From Octopus vulgaris (taxonomy: Eukaryota): a stretch of 64,000 nt of DNA. Shown here piece after piece: positions 38,152-51,520 of this stretch (positions are counted from its first letter, which is position 1; the number at the start of each line of letters is the position of its first letter). The position numbers were made by a program, and so were the translations under genes. The stretch spans positions 7,440,001 through 7,504,000 of the forward strand of contig OX597834.1 in NCBI GenBank assembly GCA_951406725.2, given 5' to 3'. A model generated the notes under the pieces. That model was not told the origin of the DNA. It did not search any database and saw nothing but the letters and a program-made list of their open reading frames with translations.

Positions 38152-38355
38152 TTACTTTTATTTGTTTCAGTCATTTGACTGAGGCCATGCTGGAGCACCG
38201 CCTTTAGTCGAACAACTCGACCCCGGGACTTATTCTTTGTAAGCCCAGTACTTATTTTATCGGTCTCTCTTTTGCCGAACCGCTAAGTGACGGGGACATA
38301 AACACATCAGCATCAGTTGTCAAGCAATGCTAGGGGGACAAACACAGATACAAAA

Positions 38356-38433
<78 letters not shown>

Positions 38434-38622
38434 ACATATATATATATATATACATATATACGACAGGCTTCTTTCAGTTTCCGTCTACCAAATCCACTCA
38501 CAGGGCTCTGGTGGGCCCGAGGCTATAGTAAAAGATGTTTGCCCAAGGTGCCACGCAGTGGGACTGAACCCGGACCATGTGGTTGGTAAGCAAGCTACTT
38601 ACCACGCAGCCACTCCTGCACC
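38152..38622 (-). mobile_element. SINE family B
   Basis: Full-length, with a long internal (CA)n. Confidence 0.92.
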
Positions 38623-38856
38623 TGTATATATATAAAGACAATATTCCAAATCATGGCTGGTAGGGACAGAGAATACAAGTGGGTACAGTAGTGCACTCGT
38701 TATAAGTGCACATAAAAATGCAAAGTTTGCAGCCTTCACTGTTTAATTGCTGCAGATACGTGTGTAGGTGCAGAAAGGAAAATAAGTAATTAACTGTTGA
38801 ATAAAACCGGATATAAATCTCTATTCTCCTTTATTATAATTTCGTTTTATATATAT

Positions 38857-39203
<347 letters not shown>

Positions 39204-40458
39204 AATGCACATATAAATAAATATATATTTATATGTATATACACACACACAAACATACATTTATATTTACACACATATGTACACAGATACATATACGCAT
39301 AACCATATGCAAATACAAAACATTTCCGTCTTTGTTCAAGGTGTTTGTTTTTCTCCCTGCAGCTTTGTTTCCCAGTTGTAAGTGTTTCTCTTCGTTTACT
39401 TCATAAAACTTTTAAGAAAACTGTGTGGATGTCGCAAAATCTCATTTCCTCCTTCCCCAATAAATATGAAATGTTGTCTATTGAAGAGATCATCGTGTCA
39501 TTTCACTTTAACATTTCTCAGATGGAAACCATCATGAAAAGCAAGAAAAAAAAACATTACAAATGTTAAATATTTTAAAATGAAAACAATATTATTGTTC
39601 ATCCGACTTTTTTTTGTTTATTAATTTATTTTATTTAATTCATGAAACAAATTGTTTTACTGCGTATTATCTTGTTTACTAAATTTCCACTTAATAAGAA
39701 ATAAATCAAAATCTTAAGCTCTGCTGACCTTTGGTTGTCTGAAATAATGAATTCTACGTCTCAGCTCTTTCTTTTCTTTCTTCTTCTTTAACTTCATCAA
39801 CAACTTTGATTTTTTTTTTATATTTTGATATGACAGTCAAAAAGTGTTATATTGCAGAAATTTATCTTATACGTTTTTCTTTGCTAATCAATGATAATTC
39901 TTGGATTTCTCATGTCTTTCTCCCTTTATCTTGAGTTATTGCATTTATTTGCTTACGTTGATTAATTTAAACTGGAAATACATTTTTTAAAAAGGAACAA
40001 AAGAAGCCATCAATTGAAACAGAATTTGTGCATTTTGACTTTCATATTTCTTTCATATTTCTTTGTTATCTTATTAAAATATTTGATTAAAGGTAACGAA
40101 TTACGTATTGTTTAGATAGCGGTATTGACTGCTCGTATAGGGACGAAAAATTCCCTTGGGCATAAAATCGCTAATACATTAACACGTGTCCACGTTTTTT
40201 TAAGTCAAGCAATATTTGGTAGGAATACCCCACACTGCTGCTAAGAACAGTTTCATCGCAGTTCTAAAAAAATCTTCTGATTAGCAACCTCTGTAGTGTA
40301 GCTTTCCTCAATGATAGCTGACTGGTTATTTTAAAACTAAGAACAGATCAAACAGAGTGATATATAGATACTTAACCTGCTTTATCAAGCGCCCAAAAAT
40401 ATTACTCTGTGTTTTTAAGAAACAAAATTTTATAATACTGTTTCATGAGAGATAGAGA

Positions 40459-40842
40459 GAAGCACTCCGTAGGTTACGACGATGAGGGTTCCGGTTGATC
40501 CGAATCAACGGAACAGCCTGCTCGTGAAATTAACGTGTAAGTGGCTGAGCACTCCACAGACACGTGCACCCTTAACGTAGTTCTTGGGGATATTCAGCGT
40601 GACACAGAGAGTGACAAGGCCGGCCCTTTGAAATACAGGTACAACAAAAACAGGAAGTAAGAGTGAGAGAAAGTTGTGGTGAAAGAGTACAGCAGGGATC
40701 ACCACCATCCCCTGCCGGAGCCTCGTGGAGCTTTTTAGGTGTTTTCGCTCAATAAACACTCACAACGCCCGGTCTGGGAATCGAAACCACGATCTTATGA
40801 CCGCGAGTCCGCTGCCCTAACCACTGGGCCATTGCGCCTCCA
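40459..40842 (-). mobile_element. SINE family A, tail 1
   Basis: Full-length; TSD-like ACTGTTTCAT. Confidence 0.94.
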
Positions 40843-41661
40843 CACTGTTTCATACACATCTATTAAGATACAAAAAAATTTGACTGACATTCTAAAGGAA
40901 TAATTCTTTTGATCAGATGCCACTTAACGTAACCTCACCAAAGTAGAGCTAAATTTAACTATACTAATAAAAGAATATTAAACATAACCAATGTTTGAAG
41001 ACTGTGTTCTAGTTTTGTAGTTTATTGTTTCATATTCTTCATTGAATTCTACACAGTTTATTCGGAAATGTGAAGTTTCCATGTATATAATCCATTTTCC
41101 TTGATATTCAAAGTCTCATTTTCAGGTGATGTAATGATGGATTGATTTCGCCTCTATAGAGCAAAGTGAGTCAATGCCATTTATGCAGGTTTTAAGTGAG
41201 TTTGTTACCATTAAAAGTATACATCACTTACATGTTTAGTCTTAGTAGTGATTGTTATACGCCCGCGGTGTATGTATATACTTCAGAAATATTCTGCATT
41301 AATGAGTGGTAGATCTTGCATTAATCCTCTATTTTCGTGAGGACTTCTGTAATATACAGATATAATAATTGTTATATTTATTCCGTTTAGCTTTGTTTAT
41401 AATATGTACTGAAGCGCATTATAATTCCCATTTGTGGTAAGTATATGGTTAGCTAGTGGGAGTATATTATATTTGCAGTGTGTCGGTCAAGAGGACTGAG
41501 GGAATTATGTAACTAACAACACTCGTTTTCAACTGAACTTATAAATCAAAGTACTCATTAATGCCATGATTACAGATTTACATGCTTGTGTTTTTAAATA
41601 TTACGTAGATGTACTTGCATAGCAAGTGACCTGATCTGAGATCATGTGCTGGAACGAAAAC

Positions 41662-41935
41662 AATTGCAGTGTAGAAGGTGTTTATAAGCCATTTAAGAAA
41701 CATACAAAACCGTTAGATTCACTTCAACATTTAAGTTTAATTTGTGAAAATATTTTCGTCGTTTTGAGACCGCGACTTGTTGGCTGACAAAATGCAGCAC
41801 GGAACTTCATCAGTTAACACGTCGCGGTCTCAAAGGGACGAACATATTTTCACATATTAAATTTAAATGTCGAAGTGAATTTAACGGTCTTGTGTGTTTC
41901 TTAAATGGCTTATAAACACCTTCCACGCTGTAATT
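41662..41935. repeat. Imperfect inverted repeat with ~130-bp arms
   Basis: GAAGGTGTTTATAAGCCATTTAAGAAAC versus GTTTCTTAAATGGCTTATAAACACCTTC; short spacer near 41793-41805. Confidence 0.92.
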
Positions 41936-42199
41936 CTTTTTTAAATAATTATGATTTAAATGGTCGTGGTTTATAGTATATTATTAGTATTTGTTTATGG
42001 CCTCGTGTAATACGTTTTACTATCTGAATTAAGAGGTCTCCGATTTTCATCTGCTCTTGAGCTAATTTGCATTTGATTTATGGAATGTATGTTGTATGTA
42101 ATTTGTGCACTTTTAATAGGTTTACTGTGTGATGTATTTATTACATTTTCTTCGTGTTTGGTCAATTAGTTTGAATACACATTGTTACTCTTTTAGTCG

Positions 42200-42450
42200 T
42201 TTACTATTTTACTTGTTTCAGTCATTTGACTGTGGCTATGCTGGAGCACCGGCTTTAGTCGAGCAAATCGACCGCAGGACTTATTCTTTTGTAAGCCTAG
42301 TACTTATTCTATCGGTCTCTCTTTTGCCGAACCGCTAAGGTACGGTGACGTAAACACACCAGCATCGGTTGTCAAGCGATGTTGGGTGCACAAACACAGA
42401 CACACAACACACACATACACACAAACGCACACACACACACACACACACAT

Positions 42451-42481
<31 letters not shown>

Positions 42482-42650
42482 CATATATACGACGGGCTTC
42501 TTTCAGTTTCCGTCTACCAAATCCACTCACAAGGCTTTGGTCGACCCGAGGCTATAGAAGAAGACACTTGCCCAAAGTTCCACGCAGTGGGACTGAACCC
42601 GGAACCACGTGGTTGGTAAACAAGCTACTTACCACACATCCACTCGTACG
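42200..42650 (-). mobile_element. SINE family B
   Basis: Near full-length copy. Confidence 0.9.
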
Positions 42651-43018
42651 CCTACCCTGTTGATAAATATCATTTTGTTATTTTTTTAATTTTTAAAAAT
42701 CAAATACCTCTTTTATAAAGAATAAAAATGTTCTTCTTACTGGAAATTTAACACCCGACAAATTCACATCTCAGTAAAATATAAATCTGTCATACAAAGA
42801 GAATAATTCTATTTCTACACACAAAACATTCCATGTTTGGATACTTTGCCAAAAATGTCTGATTCGAATATTCACTAAGCATAAGGTAGAAGAAATTATT
42901 GTAGATGTTTTTTTACAATTTGATATTAAAGAATTACTGCTCTGGAGTGCGAGGGATACTCTGTTCCTGCGCACACACGCAAACTCACACGCACAAATAT
43001 ATATATATAACCAATATC

Positions 43019-43292
43019 TATTTCTTTACTACCAACAAGGGGCTAAGCACAGTGAGGACAAACAAGGACAGACAAACGGATTAAGTCGATTATGTCTACC
43101 CCAGTGCATAACTGGTACTTATTTAATCGACGCCGAAGGGATGAAAGGCAAAGTCGACCTCGGTGGAATTTGAACTCAGAATGTAAAGACAGTCGAAATA
43201 CCTATTTCTTTACTACCCACTCAGAACGTAGCGGCAGACGAAATACCACTAAGCATTTCGCCCGGCGTGCTAACGTTTCTGCCAGCTCGCCG
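43019..43292 (-). mobile_element. SINE family C, head plus a deleted body plus a full body
   Basis: Homologous to other C copies; the first body is collapsed near 43220. Confidence 0.88.
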
Positions 43293-43644
43293 ACTCTCAC
43301 ACGTACACAAGGCATATGTACTCCCAGTTCATGGATAGCCTCAGTTCTGTAGACATGAAAGAAATGTTTCCTATCAATACGCCTGATGTAAAAAAAACAA
43401 CTTAAAACTCATAGACAAGAGAAAGAACTCACGACAACTCCCGTTGTAGGAGTGCTAGACATTAATGTTCCGTCATCTTTGTGATTTATGAATACCACTT
43501 ACTCAAAATGTGGAGAGATGAAAGCCAAACCGCTCGTTATGGCGTAAGCCATATCATTCGCTGTGACATAATTAAACCCCCTAATACTCACAGATATTGT
43601 ATCAAACGACAAAACATTTATATCTTTTTAAGTAGTGTTGGCTA

Positions 43645-43672
43645 GTATTTCTTCCTCTTTCACTCTCATTCG

Positions 43673-43711
<39 letters not shown>

Positions 43712-44162
43712 AATATTAGAAAAAAACACCTCTTATCAATTCAAAAGGAATAATTAGATTACACCATCTAGAAAATTACATATAATAGAAAAGTTAAAAT
43801 TAAAATAATAATAAAAAGTAAAGATTAAGTAAATTACAAAAATAATAAAAATGTATATAATAGGTAGAAAATTTTGGACTGATAAAAGGTTTTTTTTTTC
43901 CAATATTTAATATATATTTTATATTGTGTGGAATTTGATTTAGTATTTCTAAATTGAATTCTTATTCCTTCTATGTTTGGATTTTATTCCCTCAAATAAT
44001 AATTATGTATATATATATATTAAATATTATATACTGAAACTTGGGAGGGTCATTATGCCGGTAATAATGAACACTGGTTCGGTCACTTATTGTTATTGTT
44101 CAGTATTGTACGTGTTGGTATTTATTTCTCTTTTTCGTCAAATAATTATTAATATCTTGTTC
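43645..44162. mobile_element. 518-bp AT-rich insertion with a 14-bp TSD
   Basis: AGTAGTGTTGGCTA at 43631-43644 and 44163-44176; internal inverted repeat. Confidence 0.7.
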
Positions 44163-44172
44163 AGTAGTGTTG

Positions 44173-45191
44173 GCTAATTCCGTACACCTAAGCATCAGGG
44201 TAACTATAGATTACCCAACAAGACACCCAAACAAGAGCCTCCCGATTCTTGACACAAAGCTTTGACTAGAAACCATTAATAACAAAGTTCAAATCCTCCA
44301 TTCACACTATATGAAACCCATGTCCTCTAACTATTTAATCCATAAGAGTTTGGTTCTACCACACAATGTAGAAATTAATATATTAATACCTGACTTAGGC
44401 AGAATAAGGGAAAACATATTTCACCCCCCTGTGTAAACCCTGGAAGAAACGAAAATACACACAAGAGTTCATGCATCGCCGGCAATTTTCGGGATACAAT
44501 CGGAAAGACAGGATCCGAGTGTATAGATAGGAAAGCAGGAAATTTGAAGAGATTTATAAATAAGGATGCTAATGGAACACAGCCTAGGTACCGTAGTAAG
44601 CAGCGGAATAAAATATAAAGAATTTATGATAAACTGGGCAAAAAGAACACGTGGTACAAGACTGACAAATTCCAAGGGATGATTTTTGTAGAAGCCTTAC
44701 CACACGGGGAACTAATACGCAGATTTAGAAAAATCCTTAAGGATACTAAGTTCAACGTAAATGTCTTGGACAAACCAAGGAGCTCCATCAGGTCAATAAT
44801 ATGCAAAACATACGCCTTCAGAAAGAGCACGTGTGTAGAGGAGAGCTGCGTAGTGTGCAAATATAGCCCTGGTGTCAACTGGAAAACCAGAAATGTAGTT
44901 TACCGAATAAACTGCATGGATGGTGAATGCAAAATCTAGAAGTCTGCATACATAGGTGAAACGGCAAGAAGTTTGGTCAAGCGTATAAATGAACATTGGA
45001 TGGAGTACAGGGATAAAAGATAAGCCTCGATATTCTACCAGCATGCCAAAGAAAAACATGGTGATGTGCTGAAAAGGATTAGCATAGAAAAACTGTCTAG
45101 ATACCCGGACGACGCATCGCTACGACAGATACGAGAGTCAGTCTACATAAACGAAATACGACCGGTTTTAAATAGTAAATACTCTCAATAA
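44173..45191 (+). pseudogene. Decayed Penelope-like element, RT C-terminus/thumb plus GIY-YIG endonuclease
   Basis: ANSVHLSIRVTIDYP..LPILD..HYMKPMSS; then C..CVVC..NVVYRINC..C..AYIGETARSL..RINEH..RQIRESVYI..LNSK*; in-frame stops present. Confidence 0.9.
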
Positions 45192-45504
45192 GCAGAAGCC
45201 TTACAAAGACCCATGGACGCATACACACATACACACACACACAAGAACAGACATGCACACACATACAAAGACAAACAAGCATTCACGCCCACACGGATAT
45301 ACACACACATACGCATACGCATACACACAGAAATATGGATACAGAAGTACACATGTACACTTCTCTGTACATGTGTACACAGAGGAATTCGTACACGTAT
45401 GAACGCACATACATACTCACGAACACATACACATAATGACACTGAGACACAAACACATACTCGCACACTCACGGAAACGTAAATACGAACTATATACATA
45501 CATT

Positions 45505-45537
<33 letters not shown>

Positions 45538-45541
45538 GGTA

Positions 45542-45720
45542 ATTTAGTAAACTTCTGAGGTTAATTCTACATCATCCGATTTCTGGTTTAGTAATGCAAA
45601 TTACGTTACCGTCATCAGTAGAGTGTACTTCTGGTATATTCTACTGATTACGGTAAAGTAAATTGTATTACTAAACTAGAAATCGGATGATGTAGAATTA
45701 ACCTCGGAATTTTACTAAAT
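45542..45720. repeat. Inverted repeat (87-bp arms, 5-bp loop) with hammerhead-like motifs, probable inverted pseudo-LTR
   Basis: 45542-45628 pairs with 45634-45720; lies 350 bp downstream of the GIY-YIG stop codon. Confidence 0.88.
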
Positions 45721-47340
45721 CTCTTTTAATATTTTGCTCACTTTCAGCCTTGCGCAAATGGAGTGTTATTTGAAGTGTTTTTTTTTACAGTCTTTTGACA
45801 TCTATCTCTAGCGTGTAGGTGGTGTTTTTCAGTAGCCTAAATCATAATTATATCGATATAATTATATATTTATATTAATGTTTACCTATATGGTTCTTAT
45901 TACATACTGGCCCCTGATAAGATCATTGATTTCATTCCTAATTATTTATATAATCATTAATTATATTATCCTTATTTATGCATATATGTATGCAAATGAG
46001 AGAGAAAGAGAGAGAAACTTTAGCCAACACTACTTAAAACGTTGTAAATATTTTGTCGTTTAATGCAGTACTTTTGTGAATATTAGGGTGTTTAAATATG
46101 GTACTTTCACTCCTCCGTTGAGAATCACGATATCGAATGCTTTCTCTAACTATCCAGAATGATACTGTTAACGAAATAACTATCCCTAAGGGCTTTATTA
46201 TATCATCTCGGTCTATTTGCATATATTTTCAGGTTTTTGTAGCCAGTTCGATGAATATTGCTAATTCACCAGTAATTAAGCCATCGAATCTAGATGATTT
46301 TTCTTTTACTGATCATGAATATATTGTATAAAAGACAAGTTGACTCAAATTATCTATACATAGCATATTGCAGTGACTTAGAGGTATATACTGTTATACA
46401 GCACAGCAATAAAAGGAAACGCTTTTAATTCATATAATTTCTTAATCTCTCTGACAGTCAAAAATGGTTTATACATGCAAATTGATGCATCTTATTACAC
46501 TTAGTAATAGTAGATTTATAAATAAGCAGTTTGCCCCGGAGAGATGACAATACAGGATTGAAAGTTGCCCGATTTTACATTCTGTACTCCATATTTGCTG
46601 TGTAAAAAGAGAATTTTCCTATATCTACACATATGTAGTGTTGGTTAAGCACTATTCATATATTCAACGGCAGAGTATAGCATTAAAACAAAACGTTTGT
46701 GGCACACAAGTAATTTATTAATGGAACTAGCTGTCGAATACTTGTTATGCAAATCGGTCTATTCGATTTATTGAAGCTCTTAGCAATAGTGGCTTTATAA
46801 GAAATATCTCTATTGATTGATAAAACTGCTAATCAAGTATTGAAACTATTTAGGTTAAACTAACATTTATATCTTCAAGGATATCGTACAAAAATAGTGA
46901 CTGGACTACATCTGTCTGAATAAAATTCATAAATACTATCTGTATTAACGTATGTTCAAACATATACACACTGTCCTAGTCTAACCCTTTAAAAGTTTTT
47001 AATTAATGATAACAACCCCAGTAAGTTGTCTGGCATTCATTTCAAGATTCTCGTACGGTACGAAATTACATTCCTGTAAATTGTGAAAATTTAGTGAGAC
47101 TCATATAAATGTACTAAATAATACAAATATTGGATGCGATTTCCAAGAGTCTCCATCTCAATCAAGAAGAAACGTTTAAAAAATTATTTGCGTGGGCTAA
47201 AAATGGCTTCGTTATTTTAATTAGGATTTTGAAAGTTAGATTCTCAGTAATTCAAGACATCACTGGGCGTACGAATTTGTGTTGTTAAAAATTTGCTTTG
47301 TAACTGCGTCGTTCTGCGTTTGATCACATAATACAGCATG

Positions 47341-47730
47341 TGGAGGCGCAATGGCCCAGTGGTTAGGGCAGCGGACTCGCGATCATAGGATCGCGGTTTC
47401 GATTCCCAGACCGAGCGTTGTGAGTGTTTATTGAGCGAAAACTCCTAAAGCACCACGAGGCTCCGGCAGGGGATGGTGATGATCCCTGCTGTACTCTTTC
47501 ACCACAACTTTCTCTCACTCTTACTTCCTGTTTCTGTTGTACCTGTATTTCAAGGGGCCGAGGCCGGCCTTGTCACTCTCTGTCTCACGCTGAATATCCC
47601 CGAGAACTACGTTAAGGGTACACGTGTCTGTGGAGTGCTCAGCCACTTACATGTTAATTTCACGAGCAGGTTGTTCCGTTGATTCGGATCAACCGGAACC
47701 CTCGTCGTCGTAACCGACGGAGTACTTCCC
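47341..47730 (+). mobile_element. SINE family A, tail 1
   Basis: Full-length; TSD-like TAATACAGCA. Confidence 0.93.
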
Positions 47731-47769
47731 CCTAATACAGCACTTCAGTTCTAGCCTCAGGTTACTCCT

Positions 47770-47951
47770 TTATTTGTTTCAGTCATTTGACTACGGCCAT
47801 GCTGGAGCAGCGCCTTTAGTCGAACTAATCGACCCTAGGACTTATTCTTTGTAAGCCTAGTACTTATTCTATAGCTAAGTTACAGGGACATAAACTCACC
47901 AGCATCCGTTGTCAGTCGATGGTAGGGGGACAAACACAGACACGCAAACAT

Positions 47952-47984
<33 letters not shown>

Positions 47985-47985
47985 T
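47770..47985 (-). mobile_element. SINE family B, 3' half
   Basis: Homologous to family B; an A copy follows at its (CA)n. Confidence 0.82.
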
Positions 47986-47989
47986 TAGG

Positions 47990-48371
47990 GGAAGCACTCC
48001 GTCGGTTACGACGACGAGGGTTCCGGTTGATCCGATCAACGGAACAGCCTGCTCGTGAAATTAACGTGTAAGTGGCTGAGCACTCCACAGACACGTGTAC
48101 CCTTAACGTAGTTCTCGAGGAGATTCAGCGTGACACAGAGAGAGACAAGTCCGGCCTTTTGAAATACAGGTAAAGCAGAAACAGGAAATAAGAGTGAGAG
48201 AAAGTTATGGTGAAATAGTACAGCAGGGATCACCACCATCCCTGCCGGAGCGTGGTGGAGCTTTTAGGTGTTTTCGCTCAATAAACACTCACAACGCCCG
48301 GTCTGGGAATCGAAACCGCGATCCTACGACCGCGAGTCCGCTGCCCTAACCACTGGGCCATTGCGCCTCCA
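47990..48371 (-). mobile_element. SINE family A, tail 1
   Basis: Full-length copy. Confidence 0.93.
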
Positions 48372-49507
48372 CGCACATACATATACGTATATGTGTATAC
48401 GTTTGTGTGTTTCCAACAGAAGTGCTGTATTATGTGATCAAACGCGGAACGACACAGTTACAAAGCAAATTTGTAGCAACACACATTCACGCGCCCAGTG
48501 ATATCTTGTATTAACGAGCACACAACTTTCAAAATTCTAATTAAAACAACGAAACCATATCTAGCCCACACAAATAATTTTGTAAATGTTTCTTCTTTTT
48601 TTTTTTTTTAATGTAATCAAATCGTTTTCGGAGAGTCACCTACAAGTTTGTTACTATTTTTGGAGAATAAATCTTATCTGTGAGTTTTGAATCACTAATT
48701 CGTATAATTTAGATTTAATACTCATTAAAAGAAATGTCTTGTAGTACAGAACTATTGAAGGGAAACGAGATATCGCGAACAATTTTATTCCACCTTCATT
48801 CCTCTCTTTCTGTCGTCCGTCTTTTTGCAGACTTACCCGACTGCTGACGTTGGGGAAATTGAAATTCAACTCAACGTTTTACAGTTTAATGTTTGTTTCG
48901 TAATTAAGAGGTTAGGATTAGATGGCTTTGCAAATAGTTGTGGCTCTAAGAAAAAATACTGAACAAATACTTTAATCCGGAATGTATGCGGGACTGAGTA
49001 AAGATTTTGTAATGAGAGAAGTGACAAATGCAACAAATAAAATTAGGTGGAAAAATTATAGTGATTGTTCGCAGAAGGGAGAGAAACACACCTCGAGTGT
49101 AGGTTGGTGTCTTTCGTTTAAAGTTCCCAGCCATCCTTGGTAGAGTAGAGCAATGATTAAATTCATTCAAGGCATTGTAATCACATCTTTTGATATATAA
49201 GGGTTTACGTTATCAAACGTGTCTTTTTTCTTTAGAGGATTGGTTGATTGGTGAATTTTCCAGGCGAAATTAGCTCCTATTTCGTAATGGATATGCAAAG
49301 TCGGAGATGCTCCCTTGTTGAGTACGTGGTTTCAGCGAATCAGTTAGAGGATGTTTGTCTCTCATCAGGGGTCTTTTTTACAGAAGATGTAACATAGATA
49401 TCATCGGTCGTAATTTATTATATTTTTTTTGCAGAAGATGCAATTTAGATATTTTATGAGTAGCAGCAACAGCAGCATACAAATACTGCTAGCAATGCTA
49501 TAACGTG

Positions 49508-49830
49508 TGGAGGCGCAATGGCCCAGTGGCCCAGTGGTTAGGGCAGCGGACTCGCGGTCGGAGGATCGCGGTTTCGATTCCCTGACCGGGAGTTGTGTGT
49601 GTCTATTGAGCGAAAACACCTAAAAGCTCCACGAGGCACCGGCAGGAGGTGGTGGGGACACCTGTTGTATTATTTCCCCACAACTTTCTCTCACTTTCTC
49701 TTCCTGTTTCTTGAGTAACACTGCGACGGACTGACGTCCCGTCCAGGTGGGAGAAACACAGAAACTGGGAAACTGGGTCCACAGAAACCGGGAAACCGGG
49801 TCCATGAGCCTGGCGATGCTTGAAAAGAGC
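49508..49830 (+). mobile_element. SINE with an A head and an E-like tail
   Basis: A head with TGGCCCAG duplicated; tail GCGACGGACTGACGTCCCGTCCAGGTGGGAG. Confidence 0.82.
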
Positions 49831-49887
49831 GAGGAAGAAGAAAGAAATACTGTAACATAAGTCGTATATGAGTTATGTGGGTGATCG

Positions 49888-50270
49888 TGGAGGCGCAATA
49901 GCCCAGTGGTTAGGGCAGTGGACTCGCGGTCGTAGGATCGCGGTTTCGATTCCCAGACCGGGCGTTGTGAGTGTTTATTGAGAAAAAATACCTAAAGCTT
50001 CACAAGGCTCCTGCAGGGGGTGGTGGTGAACCCTGCTGTACTCTTTCACCACAATTTTCTCTCACTCTTTCTTCCTGTTTCTGTTGTACCTGTATTTCAA
50101 AGGGCCGGCCTTGTCACACTCTGTGTCATGCTGAATCTCCTCGAGAACTACGTTAAGGGTACACGTGTCTGTGGAATGCTCAGCCACTTGCACGTTAATT
50201 CCACGAGCAAGCTGTTCCGTTGATCGTATCAGGTAGGACCCTCATCGTCGTAACCGACGGAGTGCTTCTA
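49888..50270 (+). mobile_element. SINE family A, tail 1
   Basis: Full-length; TSD TATGTGGGTGATC. Confidence 0.93.
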
Positions 50271-50434
50271 CTATGTGGGTGATCAGCAAACACTTAACCT
50301 TGATTTATTTTGTGTCTGAGGATCAAGCTTATGTTGCGTAAGAGACAAATTTGTTTTTAGCGTCGTGTAGCCATCACTGCAGTACGGTCACCAGTTTCGT
50401 AACTGTGATAACTTCTGCTTTGTATACTCTTTCA

Positions 50435-50622
50435 CTCTTTTACTTGTTTCAGTCATTTGACTGCGGCCATGCTGGAGCACCGCCTTTAATCGAGCAACTC
50501 GACCCCTCAACTTATTCTTTTGTAAGCCCAGTACTTATTCTATCGGTCTCTTTTGCCGAACCGCTAAGTAACGGGGACATAAACACAGCAGCATCGGTTG
50601 TCAAGCAATGCTAGGGGGACAA

Positions 50623-50659
<37 letters not shown>

Positions 50660-50831
50660 CATATATACGACAGGCTTCTTTCAGTTTCCGTCTACCAAAT
50701 CCACTCACAAGGCATTGGTCGGCCCGGGGCTATAGCAGAAGACACTTGCCCAAGATGCCACGCAGTGGGACTGAACCTGGAACCATGTGGTTGGTTAGCA
50801 AGCTACTTACCACACAGCCACTCCTGCGCCT
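50435..50831 (-). mobile_element. SINE family B
   Basis: Full-length copy. Confidence 0.92.
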
Positions 50832-51069
50832 ATGTTGAAGATGTTCTTCTATTACTACAGGGTGGAAGAAACAAAGGAAACTTCCTTAAATTTCACAATT
50901 ATTTTAATGTAACAAGAAGCAGATACGAGTTCAGCAACAATATGCTTGAGTAGCTACATACGAATTGGTCTTGTGGCATTCCGTGTGGAAAGAAGCATGA
51001 TGGAAAAATGTACGAGGGAATTTCGTACGACAGTAGGTTTGTTAGTAGAGTAAGCGCAAACCTTACACC

Positions 51070-51520
51070 TGTCGTGTAACACAAGTAGTTTACCACGAGT
51101 GGTTGCAACTAAAAACCATTTCTGTAGCTTACGCCACGTGTAGGAAAATCTTTGCTGCTCTTCAGGATGTGGTCAGATCAAAAATCGGCAAGGAAGAAAG
51201 GAAAACGAAATCGTGTCTGTCCGCTATATAGGCCGAATTACTGGTGGCACCACCTAGCAAACGAAATCTTTCTAGAATGTTCTATGCCATACTGGCTTTA
51301 CTAGAAGAGACGTAAACCCTCTGTCCCTAGAACATTCTAGAACGTTCCTCAAGGGAGGTCACCGATGTTGACTCCTCTGGCTTCCGGAGCCCTGCAAATG
51401 GAGAAATGACAGGTTCTGTTTTAATTACGTTATACCTACATTCTCTATCTATAAATTTAGTAGCGATACGGATACAATAAAAGAATTTGAGAGATTGTAA
51501 AATCTCATATTCGTTCATCA
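51070..51520. mobile_element. Possible solo LTR
   Basis: TG...CA ends flanked by CACC on both sides; internal CTATATAG and an inverted TCTAGAATGTTCTA pair; higher GC. Confidence 0.4.
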
